This document shows positions 8,641-19,000 of a stretch of DNA of 64,000 bases, one piece after another. The number at the start of each line of letters is the position of its first letter. The first letter of the stretch is position 1. The stretch covers positions 41,074 through 105,073 of the forward strand of contig JACROD010000014.1 in NCBI GenBank assembly GCA_016214605.1, read 5' to 3'. The stretch comes from Candidatus Kaiserbacteria bacterium (lineage in GTDB: Bacteria > Patescibacteriota > Minisyncoccia > Phycocordibacterales > UBA2100). Under the pieces are notes generated by a model. That model was not told the origin of the DNA. It did not search any database and was given only the letters and a program-made list of their open reading frames with translations. Both the position numbers and the translations under genes were made by a program.

Positions 8641-10860
8641 CTAGAACTGTGGAATGATTGTGTGTGATGAATCGGTATTTCCCGGAAGGGTGTTTATAGG
8701 GAATGTGGCAGTGGATGTGGCGTCTGTGGTGGAGGTACTTATAGTACCTCTGACCCAGAGTTGTACTGCATAATCCCAATAAGGAAACTGAGAATCACTG
8801 TAAGGATTTCCGGTTTGTGTATTGTGTGGGTTGTCTTTTTGTACCCAATATAAAATATCATGTACTCCTCGCGAGGGGTCGGTGTTCCAATTACCGCGCA
8901 AAACAGGCGGTAGGGAATCTTCGTCTGGATCGGGGGCCGGTGGGGTAAAACGATCACTCGGATACTTTTCGGCAGCATACACCATCACATCATGCCATGG
9001 TGGCGCTACGATGAATGCCGCTATCTTTTTTACCATAGGACTATTATCGTTGTTGCCGGCCCATGCGCCGATCGCAATAGACGGTGTGTAGCCGATGACC
9101 CAAGCGTCGCGAGAGTCGTTGGTTGTTCCCGTCTTATCGGCTACGTCCATACGATGGAAATTCAACGGACTATCAACGCCGAATTCGGGGGTGCGCGCCA
9201 CATTATCGGAAAGGACATCATTGATCTGTCGTGCGACCTGTGGATCAAGAACACGTGTCGAGTTGGCTGTGTATTTTTCGAGCACATGTCCGCGATTGTC
9301 CCGTACCTCAAGGATGCCTGTAGGTGGATTCTTCACCCCATCGTTGGCGAATACACCATATGCACTCGTCATATCAAGCAAGGTCACTTCGCCGCCGCCG
9401 AGCACCAAAGTGAGTCCGTATTGATTTGGGTCGCCAAGAGTCGTGATGCCGAGAGCTTCGGCGGTATCGATCGCGTTTTGTATCCCGACAAGATAAAGGG
9501 TTTTGATCGCGGGGATGTTTTGCGATTGGGCGAGTGCGTTACGTAGACTCATGGGCCCCTTGAAATTTCCATCGTAGTTTTGTGGCGAATAACAAGGTGG
9601 TTCACCGTTAGTCACATCTTCAACTTTACACGCGGTCGAGAATTGTGTTTGCAGGTCGAATACGACAGTGTTTGGGGTGTATCCTTTTGCGAAGGCTGCC
9701 GCGTACACAAATGGTTTAAACGATGACCCTGGTTGGCGATGGGCAACAGTAATATTTACTTGGCCGTCGATGTTGTCATTGAAGTACTCTTTGGAGCCGA
9801 CCATAGTGAGGATCTGTCCGGTCTTCGGATCGATCGCCACAAGGCCCATATTTGAGGCGTTGAAGTTGTTTTGCATGGCAGGTGCATATGATCGTATGAC
9901 CGATTCGGCCTTTTGTTGCAAATCATAATCAAGAGTGGTGATCACACGGAGTCCGTCGTTGTTTACCGCATCGACACCGTATTTTTTCTCAAGATACTCT
10001 CTCACAAAGAATACAAAATGCGGCGCTTTGATTCCGGCTTCTTTTTCACTCGTGAATTCGACCTTTTCACCTTTGGCGGCCCGGTATTCTTCTTCGGTTA
10101 TATAGCCTAAAACCTTCATTCTTTGGAGTACAAGATTTTTACGTATGTCGAGTGCGGCGCGGTTGTTGCCGTATGGTGAATAATAAGTGGGTGCCTGCGG
10201 GATCGCGGCTATATATGCTGCCTGTGCAAGATCGACATCTTTTGCGTCGAGACCGAAGAAGTATTGGGTCGCCTCCTGTACTCCATAGATTGTGCCGCCG
10301 TACGGGGATTCGTTGAGGTAGGCGCTGAGGATCTGTTCTTTTGAGTATGTGCGCGTGAGGCGTAGTGCAAGAATGATCTCTTGAAGTTTGCGAAGAATGG
10401 TTTTATTTTGGGACAAAAGGGCATTCTTGACGACCTGTTGAGTGATCGTCGAGCCGCCCTGCTCGTATGATCCACTGAACAAGTCCACCAGCATGGCGCG
10501 CGCAAACGAGAGGGGACGAAATCCGGCGTTGGTGTAAAAAGAGGAATCTTCGATCGACACAGTCGCTTTTTGAATATAAGGAGAAATATCTTCTATAGGG
10601 ACCGAGGTGCGGCGAACCGACCCGTGTACATCGTAGAGCACGATATTACCGGTACGATCGTATATTTTTGTCGATTCGGAGACCTGTCGCGCCTCGAAGT
10701 TGTCTATAGAGGGGATCGGCATGATAGCAGCCCACACAAGCATGACGCCGAAGAAAAAGAGAAATAACGCGAAACTTCCTATGATCGCGAGCTTGAGCCA
10801 CTGAAAAGCGTTATTTTGGGCCATTTTTTTAGCTGGTACAAATCGTCGTAATCTGTGCAT
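8641..10860 (-). CDS. Class A penicillin-binding protein (PBP1A family)
   Basis: Transglycosylase ED..F and GGSTITQQVVKN; transpeptidase QPGSSFKPF, SQN, KTGT. Confidence 0.95.
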   Translation of the reverse strand: MHRLRRFVPAKKMAQNNAFQWLKLAIIGSFALFLFFFGVMLVWAAIMPIPSIDNFEARQVSESTKIYDRTGNIVLYDVHGSVRRTSVPIEDISPYIQKATVSIEDSSFYTNAGFRPLSFARAMLVDLFSGSYEQGGSTITQQVVKNALLSQNKTILRKLQEIILALRLTRTYSKEQILSAYLNESPYGGTIYGVQEATQYFFGLDAKDVDLAQAAYIAAIPQAPTYYSPYGNNRAALDIRKNLVLQRMKVLGYITEEEYRAAKGEKVEFTSEKEAGIKAPHFVFFVREYLEKKYGVDAVNNDGLRVITTLDYDLQQKAESVIRSYAPAMQNNFNASNMGLVAIDPKTGQILTMVGSKEYFNDNIDGQVNITVAHRQPGSSFKPFVYAAAFAKGYTPNTVVFDLQTQFSTACKVEDVTNGEPPCYSPQNYDGNFKGPMSLRNALAQSQNIPAIKTLYLVGIQNAIDTAEALGITTLGDPNQYGLTLVLGGGEVTLLDMTSAYGVFANDGVKNPPTGILEVRDNRGHVLEKYTANSTRVLDPQVARQINDVLSDNVARTPEFGVDSPLNFHRMDVADKTGTTNDSRDAWVIGYTPSIAIGAWAGNNDNSPMVKKIAAFIVAPPWHDVMVYAAEKYPSDRFTPPAPDPDEDSLPPVLRGNWNTDPSRGVHDILYWVQKDNPHNTQTGNPYSDSQFPYWDYAVQLWVRGTISTSTTDATSTATFPINTLPGNTDSSHTIIPQF

Positions 10861-10917
10861 AACGTGTGGATATTGTACCGCTGATTTGGTGTTTTGGGCA
10901 ATGGGGCTTGTGAGTAT

Positions 10918-11116
10918 GATCGGAAGTCTGCGGAGAATTTTGTTGCTGCGGAACTCGCTCTGGTGAGCTCAAACAGGTCGGTCACTCCTGTGCCCGACAC
11001 GGTAGTGAATGATTTGTATCTAATGTAGCATTACTTAACTCTAGTAAGAGTTGGACAAATTTGACTTGTCTTTATCACCAGTCCTCGCTGCCAAAATTCT
11101 CCGCGGACTTCCGATC
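10918..11116. repeat. ~200-bp element with 25-bp terminal inverted repeats
   Basis: Arms 10918-10942 and 11092-11116 (1 mismatch), internal hairpins. Confidence 0.75.
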
Positions 11117-11592
11117 TACGTTGTTCGTGAGTGAGCTAAATGAGTCACTCCGACGGCGATCGCATCGTATTCATCATCATGTTTGATTTCTTTGTCTATT
11201 TTGAGCAATATTTTAAGCATTCGTGCCACTGTCGTTTTGTCGGCGCCCCCATATCCTGTTGATGCGTTCTTGATCTGTCCAGGGGTGTATTCAAAGACGG
11301 GGATATTGGCGAGTGCTGCAGTATTGAGTAGGGCACCGCGCACCTCAGCGACCTTCATGGCGGTCTTTTGGTTGTTTGTGAAGTAGAGTCGCTCCATCGC
11401 CACGTGGTCAGGGGTGTGCTCGCGCATGAGTCGCGCGCATCCGTCGGCGACTGCCGCGAGTCGGTCGGTAAACTCATCTTTGGGGGAGGTCTCGATACAG
11501 TCGGAATAGAGATATATCTCGCGACCATCCACCTTTTCCACAATAGCCACCCCGCAGCGGCCGTAGCCAGGATCAATTCCAAGGACTTTCAT
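11116..11592 (-). CDS. ruvC: Holliday junction resolvase RuvC
   Basis: VLGIDPG, EYTPGQIK, DDEYDAIAV. Confidence 0.96.
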   Translation of the reverse strand: MKVLGIDPGYGRCGVAIVEKVDGREIYLYSDCIETSPKDEFTDRLAAVADGCARLMREHTPDHVAMERLYFTNNQKTAMKVAEVRGALLNTAALANIPVFEYTPGQIKNASTGYGGADKTTVARMLKILLKIDKEIKHDDEYDAIAVGVTHLAHSRTT

Positions 11593-11661
11593 AGGGGAAT
11601 TGTAGCAGGGTATGGAATGTTAGGTCTCGCGGACGCAAACACCTTGTGATAATGTCAATTA

Positions 11662-13119
11662 ATGTTTGATCCAGTAAAATTACTCCAATTTGTTCTAGGT
11701 CTTCCAAAAGAGACTGAATATCTCGAATTTAAAGAGAATAATCTGAGTGAAAAGACATTGGGTGAACTGATTTCTGCGATATCGAACGCGGCGTGTTTGT
11801 GTGATGTTGAATATGGATATGTTGTGTACGGAATAGAAGATTCCACTCATACAGTAGTTGGTACAAAACTCAAACCAAGATCAATAAAGATAGGGGGTGA
11901 GGATATGGAGCTTTGGCTACAAAAAATGCTCGACCCGTCCATTAACTTTGAAATATTTGAACTTGATTTCAATGGGATGCCTGTGGTTATTTTTAAAATA
12001 CCAGCGGCAACAGAGCGGCCGTTACGATTTCAGAGCCAATCCTATATTCGAATAGGTAGTAATATGCGTAACCTAAAAGAATTTCCTGAAAAAGAAGCAA
12101 TTATTTGGAATAAAGCAAGAAATCGTTTTTTTGAAAAACTTGAAGCCATCCCAAATCTCTCGGAGGATGAGGTTTTAAAATTACTCGATTACCCAAGTTA
12201 TTTCAGACTTACAGACCAGTCATTACCAGGAAACCCAAGTGGGATATTAGATTTTCTAATTAAAGAAGGTTTTGTTAAGCAAGAAGACGGAACTGGATAT
12301 GCGGTTACAAATCTGGGGGCAATTTTATTTGCAAATGACCTGAGTCAATTTCCATCACTAAAAAGAAAGGCCGCTAGAGTTGTTGTTTATGAGGGGATGG
12401 ATAGGACGAAAACAGTAAAAGATCGTGAAGGTAAGCGTGGGTACGCGGTAGGGTTTGAAAATCTTATTGAGTTTATTAATGACCAACTTCCTTCTAATGA
12501 GGAGATTGAAAAAGCACTGCGTGTCCAAAGAAAGATGTATCCAGAAATAGCAATTCGCGAGCTCGTCGCGAACGCACTTATTCATCAGGATCTTACTGAG
12601 CGTGGTACAGGACCATCCTTCGAAATATTTAGTGATCGAATTGAAATTAGTAATCCCGGTAGGCCGCTCATTGAGGTGGATAGGTTCCTTGACCATAAGC
12701 CACAATCTCGTAATGAACAACTTGCAGCCTTTCTGCGGCGGATAGGTGTTTGCGAAGAGCGTGGGAGTGGGATTGATAAGGTCTTTAAATCTATCGAAGT
12801 GTTTCAGTTACCCGCACCTAAATTTGATGTCAATGATAAATACCTAAATGTGATACTTTTCGCTCCTCAAGATGTTAGAGAAATGAGCAAGGAAGATAGA
12901 ATTCGAGCATGTTTTCAGCATGCATGTCTTCGCCATGTCTCAAATGAAACCATGACAAATGCTTCATTAAGAGAAAGATTCAAACTCTCGGATAGTAAAA
13001 CTGATAGTGTCTTTGCATCCAATATTATATCTGAAGCGATTAAAGCTGGAAAAATTAAGTTATTAGGGGATGATCCAAACGCTAGAAAATCTGCAAAATA
13101 TGGCCCACCCTGGGCTTAA
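11662..13119 (+). CDS. Schlafen/AlbA_2 + HATPase_c_4 (RecG C-terminal-like) + wHTH protein
   Basis: ETEYLEFKE, ISAISNA, YPEIAIRELVANALIHQD, CEERGSGIDK; visibly AT-rich. Confidence 0.85.
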   Translation: MFDPVKLLQFVLGLPKETEYLEFKENNLSEKTLGELISAISNAACLCDVEYGYVVYGIEDSTHTVVGTKLKPRSIKIGGEDMELWLQKMLDPSINFEIFELDFNGMPVVIFKIPAATERPLRFQSQSYIRIGSNMRNLKEFPEKEAIIWNKARNRFFEKLEAIPNLSEDEVLKLLDYPSYFRLTDQSLPGNPSGILDFLIKEGFVKQEDGTGYAVTNLGAILFANDLSQFPSLKRKAARVVVYEGMDRTKTVKDREGKRGYAVGFENLIEFINDQLPSNEEIEKALRVQRKMYPEIAIRELVANALIHQDLTERGTGPSFEIFSDRIEISNPGRPLIEVDRFLDHKPQSRNEQLAAFLRRIGVCEERGSGIDKVFKSIEVFQLPAPKFDVNDKYLNVILFAPQDVREMSKEDRIRACFQHACLRHVSNETMTNASLRERFKLSDSKTDSVFASNIISEAIKAGKIKLLGDDPNARKSAKYGPPWA

Positions 13120-13211
13120 TTTAAGTAATCTCTAAGGTAGAGTACTGGGCATTTTCCTTATTTATAGCCATATTTTATTTAATCTTAAAGTAGAGTGGTA
13201 TATCGGCGACA

Positions 13212-13751
13212 ATGTTCACTATGATCGAATACACCCATAAAATAAGCACTCGTGCGCGGGGGATGCGGATCTCTGTGGGGGTGGATGGGGGAGTAGTGGT
13301 CACTACGCCGCGGTTTGTGACCGTCGGCATGATCGATCGTTTTGTGACCAAACACACCGACTGGATATCGCGGCATGTGGCGCGGGCGCGGTTGCGCACG
13401 GTGATGCGGATACCACACAAGGATGTGGTAGTGATCAAGAAGCAGGCGCTCGAGCTCGCAGAAAGCCGCTGTGCGCATTTTGCAAGGCATTACGGCCTGG
13501 CATACAAAAGGATATCGATTCGTGCGCAGAAGTCACGGTGGGGGAGTTGTTCGGCGGCGGGGAACCTCAGCTTCAACTACAAGATCGCGATCATCCCGCG
13601 ACATTTGGCCGACTATGTCGTGGTGCATGAGATCTGCCACCTCGCGCACATGAACCATTCAAAAAAATTCTGGGATCTGGTCGCACAGACGATGCCGGAT
13701 CACCGCGAACTCCGCAAAGAGCTGCGCCGGATGCATGTGGTGGTCGACTGA
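13212..13751 (+). CDS. YgjP/DUF45 (M48-like) zinc metallohydrolase
   Basis: SRWGSCS, YVVVHEICHL, NHSKKFW. Confidence 0.9.
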   Translation: MFTMIEYTHKISTRARGMRISVGVDGGVVVTTPRFVTVGMIDRFVTKHTDWISRHVARARLRTVMRIPHKDVVVIKKQALELAESRCAHFARHYGLAYKRISIRAQKSRWGSCSAAGNLSFNYKIAIIPRHLADYVVVHEICHLAHMNHSKKFWDLVAQTMPDHRELRKELRRMHVVVD

Positions 13752-13754
13752 TTG

Positions 13755-14288
13755 TTACTCCGCATTGGTGTACACTTCCTCGACATCATCATGATTGTCG
13801 AGCTCGTCCATTATTTTCATGAGCGCTTCGTTGTCGGTCTCAGAGAGGGGGACGGTGGTCTGTGCGTCATAAGTGCCGTCGGGTAGGCGCGCGAATGCCC
13901 ACGCGGCAGATCCCAGGCCAGCGAGTGCGAGGCCATTTTTTGTCAGAATATGCTTTACATCCTGTGCAGTGCGATTTCTATTATCAGTGAGTGCGCTGAT
14001 GATGATCGCGGCACCTCCCGGACCATAGGATTCGTAGACGACGGATTCCAAGGTGCCTGAGTCGGTCGATACGCCCTTGGCGACGGCGGCCATGATCTTG
14101 TCCTTAGGCATGTTGATCTGACGCGCCTTCTCGATGACACTGCGGAGACCTACCGCATTTACGTCACCCTTGGCGGCCTTGGATTCGACGATGATGCGGC
14201 GCGCGAGCTTGCCAAAAGCATTACTCTTGGCGGCATCCGCCGCACCCTTCTGCCTTTTTATCTGCGACCATTTGTTGTGCCCGGACAT
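13755..14288 (-). CDS. yebC: YebC/PmpR family protein (short form)
   Basis: MSGHNKWSQIK, YESYGPGG, TDNRNRT, DDVEEVYTN. Confidence 0.95.
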   Translation of the reverse strand: MSGHNKWSQIKRQKGAADAAKSNAFGKLARRIIVESKAAKGDVNAVGLRSVIEKARQINMPKDKIMAAVAKGVSTDSGTLESVVYESYGPGGAAIIISALTDNRNRTAQDVKHILTKNGLALAGLGSAAWAFARLPDGTYDAQTTVPLSETDNEALMKIMDELDNHDDVEEVYTNAE

Positions 14289-14386
14289 AGGGATAGTAGT
14301 TAGCCACTAGGGTATAGGGATTAGTTGAGAAATGCAACTGTAAAAATTACACCACGTCTCAAAAATCCAAAACAATGCTTTTGATT

Positions 14387-15400
14387 TTAGATTAACGTTT
14401 TTTGCGAGCGTGGTGGCTCCACTCCGATATGCTCATAGCCCTTAGGGGTGACGATGCGGCCGCGCGGCGTTCTTTCTAAAAGTCCGGCTTGGATGAGGTA
14501 GGGTTCGTTGACCTCTTCGATCGTGGCCTCCTCCTCGGAGAGCGCGGCCGCTATGGTCTTGAGCCCGACCGGACCGCCGTTAAACTTCTCGGCGATCGTA
14601 CTGAGGATATCGCGGTCGGTTTGATTGAGTCCGATCTCGTCGATCTCAAGGAGCGCGAGCGCCTTTTTGATCGTCTTGATGTTGAGTGGCTCGCCCGAGA
14701 CCTCGGCAAAATCGCGTGCGCGCTTGAGGAGATAATTCGCCGTGCGCGGCGTCGCACGGCTGCGGCGCGCGATTTCCATTGAAGATTCTTCATCCACGGC
14801 GATATCAAGGATCTTTGCACTGCGGCGCAGTATCTCGGCGATCTCTTTGTCGCTGTAGTAGGCGAGGCGAAATGTCCCGCCGGAGAATCGACTGCGCAGT
14901 GGTGCGGAGAGGAGTGAGATGCGCGTGGTCGCTGCAATGAGGGTAAATGGTGGCAGCTCAAGCTGTACAGTGCGTGCGGCCGGCCCCTTACCGATCACAA
15001 TGTCGAGTACCCCGGCCTCCATGGCGGGATAGAGGACCTCCTCGATCATGCGATTGAGGCGGTGGATCTCATCGATAAAGAGTACGTCGCCGGGTGAAAG
15101 ATTGGTGAGGATCGATGCGAGGTCGCCGACACGCTCGATCGCGGGACCTGATGTGGAGCGGAGGGACGCACCGACTTCTTTGGATATGAGGTGGGCGAGC
15201 GTGGTCTTGCCGAGGCCCGGCGGACCATAGAGGAGGATATGCTCAGACTGTTGGGAGCGGCCTTTGGCGGCTTGCAGGAGGATGCGGAGGTTCTCTTTGA
15301 TGGTGGTTTGGCCGACGTACTCACCCCAGATCGAGGGCCGTAATGCTTGATCTAATGACCGTGGACTCTTGGAGGGTGGGGTATGGGGGGAGGGAACCAT
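14387..15400 (-). CDS. ruvB: Holliday junction helicase RuvB
   Basis: LRP...YVGQ, GPPGLGKTT, FIDEIHRL, RTPRGR. Confidence 0.98.
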   Translation of the reverse strand: MVPSPHTPPSKSPRSLDQALRPSIWGEYVGQTTIKENLRILLQAAKGRSQQSEHILLYGPPGLGKTTLAHLISKEVGASLRSTSGPAIERVGDLASILTNLSPGDVLFIDEIHRLNRMIEEVLYPAMEAGVLDIVIGKGPAARTVQLELPPFTLIAATTRISLLSAPLRSRFSGGTFRLAYYSDKEIAEILRRSAKILDIAVDEESSMEIARRSRATPRTANYLLKRARDFAEVSGEPLNIKTIKKALALLEIDEIGLNQTDRDILSTIAEKFNGGPVGLKTIAAALSEEEATIEEVNEPYLIQAGLLERTPRGRIVTPKGYEHIGVEPPRSQKTLI

Positions 15401-15485
15401 AAGAGAGAAAAAGGAGAAAAGCTATTGACTTTTCTATTTGGTATGATAAACTACTGCCTAGCTCACTAAAAACACAAAAAACGAA

Positions 15486-15633
15486 AAAACAGGTGTGCGA
15501 TTCTCTCAACGATCGTGTCATCACCCAGGACGGCGGCAGTATGCCGCCCCGCGGAATTTTACTTCCCCTATCCTGAGGTCATGGCGCAGCTTTTCATGCA
15601 AAAGTGTCGTTGAGAGAATCGCGCACCTGTTTT
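15486..15633 (+). repeat. 148-bp structured element closed by 27-bp inverted repeats; candidate ncRNA
   Basis: Arms 15486-15512 and 15607-15633 (1 mismatch); upstream TTGACT-N16-TAAACT promoter-like sequence. Confidence 0.65.
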
Positions 15634-15708
15634 AAAAAACAACTATCCACAAGATATCACCCAAGTGTGTGCGCTCAAAGTGATATTTATGGTGTGATGG
15701 AGGAAGGG

Positions 15709-15864
15709 ATGTTCTATATCTCGCTAGGGACAGCATTGTTGGGTGCCTATCTCGCAGGGATTTCTTACAGACAGAAAAAAGTGAATCCTTGGGTAGTGGG
15801 CATTGGACCCGTTTTGGTGTTTATCGGTAGTTTTGGAGCTAGTTTTTTTCGATACTCCTTCTAA
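15709..15864 (+). CDS. Small two-TM protein
   Basis: GGAGG before ATG, two hydrophobic segments, GAGGACCC-GTGT-GGGTCCTC-T tract terminator after. Confidence 0.55.
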   Translation: MFYISLGTALLGAYLAGISYRQKKVNPWVVGIGPVLVFIGSFGASFFRYSF

Positions 15865-16031
15865 ATTGCAAGAGGACCCGTGTGGGTCCTCTTTTTTATT
15901 TCGCTTCTACCCAAAGCGTATCATCACTGAGATCCACCATCCTATCTCAAACAAGTTTGCTGTTGATAGTGAGAGACGGGTCGGCTGCGCACATGATACA
16001 CTAGGACGACCTATCAATAGGAATCATATAT

Positions 16032-19000
16032 ATGCATACATATCTACGTGCCGGATTTTTTTTATCGATCCACACCCGGTTACTGCAAATAACCCTTTTA
16101 CTTCTCATATTTGCGGGCATGATACCGCAGCTCGCCTCGGCCGCTACGTTGCAGCCCGGTGTGGATTGTGCGACTGGCGCCGCTGCGCCCCAAGCGGAAT
16201 ACTCGCTCAATGTGTCAGCCTTGCCTCTCGGTGCGTATGCGGCAAATACGCTCTCGCCCGACTTCACCAATGCCGCCGGGTCGGTGCTCGCAAACTCCTT
16301 TTGGACAGCCTCATCGACCAAATATGCCGTGTCCGCCAATACGGCGCAGTCCATTCTCGCCTCGAAGTATTGCTCGCGCGATATGGAGGTCGAGACGTGG
16401 ATGCGCAAGGGATATGTGTTCCTGCGATTAACTCCCGAAGGAAAGGCAATCTACTTTAATATCGACTATGATAATAGTTATTTGGCGGTCGGTATTGCGA
16501 CGAGTACCAACGAAACTGCATACTACCCTGGTGCTACGCGCACGCTCTATTTAAACAGCAATCTCGTCGGCACGATTCCGGGTTTTAGTAAGACCGGCAC
16601 CGACAACCAACGCCTCACTTTCGGTGTCGAAGGGTTCGAAATCTATGCCAAGTTCAATGGGGTGGAATTCATGCGCATCAAGGATTTCCATCATATGGCA
16701 GCGGGACGCGTAGCCCTCAAGGCGCCAGCCAACTACGGGCTCCGCTCGACGACCGTGCGCAACTTTGCCGATAAGGCGATCTTGAGCGATCTTACGGCTG
16801 GCGTGTACGATCCGCGCGACTTCGGCTTCCGCTCCATTCAAACGACCGGTTCTATCAGTGCAGGCAGCAATACGCTCACACTCGCAGGCCCGACATCTTT
16901 TGCCGTCGGCGATTTTGTGATCGTCGAGATTGGCAAGGAGCCGGGTGCGGGCATGCGCGGCACCAAAGGAGTAGGCGGCACCTGGCCGGCAAAATCGTAC
17001 CCCAACCTCACCGCCATGCAGGCAGATACATCGCAGATCGACGGCCTGTATGCTTGGCGTGAAGATACCGGAGACGTCTATCGTTTTGCATCCGCAAACT
17101 CCTCGTGGGGAAGTGCGTATACGTGGTATACGGCGGGGACACCCGCATGGGGGCAAGACTATTATTCAAAAAAGTACTATCCCGCCAAAGCGGTACCGCG
17201 TGCACTACAGGCGCGTATCACGGCGGTGAGCAACAGCGGCGCTACACTCACTCTCGACAAGCCGGCTGTCGTGTCCGTCACGAGCGCGAGCGCATATCTT
17301 GATGTCGCCCCAATTCTTAATTTCCTGGTCGGTAGGGATATTTGGTACAAGTTTGGGGGAGTGGCCGGCGACTTGCGGTCCTTTACACCCCTCAATATGA
17401 AAGTGCCTATTCCCGCAGGATCCTATGCGGTTGGCGGAAGTATTCTCACGGGTAACGAACGTACGAACAACGTGCTTTATGGCCAAGGATCAACCACCTC
17501 CACGTTATTCAGCCCCAAGGGCGTGTCCTCCGCATCAATCTGGTTCAATGGTTCAAACAATATGCTGCGCGACCTACGTCTCGTCGGCAACTTCGGTGAC
17601 AATGGTTTTGGTCTTAATTGGGCGACAAGCATCATTCCATTTGGCTACGGCCCGTCCGGGCTCGAGGTGACGTATACAAGCACCGGTGCTGTCACAGAAA
17701 CGGTGATCACGCAGGGCTTTGGCTTTCCTATTGGCATCATGATGTCCGGGGGTAATCTCACAGTGCAGGATATCAAGGTAGACAATGTGTGGTGGGCGGC
17801 GGTAGGCGCCAACTACTGCAATACCTGCTGGGCGTATCGTGTCGACAGTACGGTAAAAGACCCGTTCCAGACCTACATTCAATGGCAATTCGAGTGGGGT
17901 GATTCGACTGGTGGTGGATGCGTCGATTGTACGGTCACGAGCCCTCAATGGATCATCCCCGGCTTTGCGATGGCAAAAAGCACTAATGTGCAGTTCATCA
18001 GGCCAAAAGGCATCAACGCTGTCTTTGACGCGAACTCTGTGGGCAACTTCCTCTTTCAAGATCCTGAGACGACCATCAAATCCATGAGTCAATTTTCCAC
18101 CAGTTCTTTCTCGGCTATGGGGTGGATCATGAACATCAACACGAATCTCGATAACGCGCTTCCGGTACAAGATCGCGACAAGCGTAGCGGTCCGGGCGGC
18201 AAGATCATCAATCCACGCTTCATTGTGCAGGGTCCGATCAATAGCAGCAACAACGGTCTCGGCGCGATCGTGATTAATAACTGGAATCCTAATGTAACAA
18301 TTGAGGGTGGCTACATCGAAGGCCCAAACTGGCAGTCGCCGAGCACTATCAATACGCCGGTGGGGGTCAATTCGCAAGGCACCAGCACGGTGATCAATGG
18401 TCTTCGTGTGGTAGGTACAGTGAACCCGGCGCTCGGTCCAAAAGGAAATGTGGCTTTGGGTAAGAACGGTATCATCCGAAACTGCATCGTCGACCTCATC
18501 TTCCTGAGTGGTACTGCCAGGAAAGAAAATTGCAAAACGAATGCCGAATACGGTGCGCTCGGTATTTCCACCGGCGCTGCGCTCTGGCCGCCGCGCACGA
18601 GCATTATCCTCCAGGGATCAATCACAAGTTCGGGCAGTACGTCGACCGTGCGAGGATTCGCGTATGGTACAACCACAAAATACATGGCGACGACCACAGA
18701 ATCGGGACTGTTCGGACCGGGATCGTTTAGCGTCACTGTGCCGAATATCGTATGTGCAACCACCTATCACGCTGCGGCCTATGCGCAAAACGCAGTCGGC
18801 ATGAATTATGGCAATGACATTACGTTCGCGAGTGATCCATGCACTCCTTCGGCAGCCGCCACGTCAAGCGGCCAGGTCCTCGGTGTCTCGATAACAGACA
18901 CATCACTGGTCGATACTTCTTGCAAGATTGATCGAATGCTTTCCCGGGGAACTCACGGACCGGCAGTGACATGCCTCCAAAAGACGCTTGTCGCGCAAAA

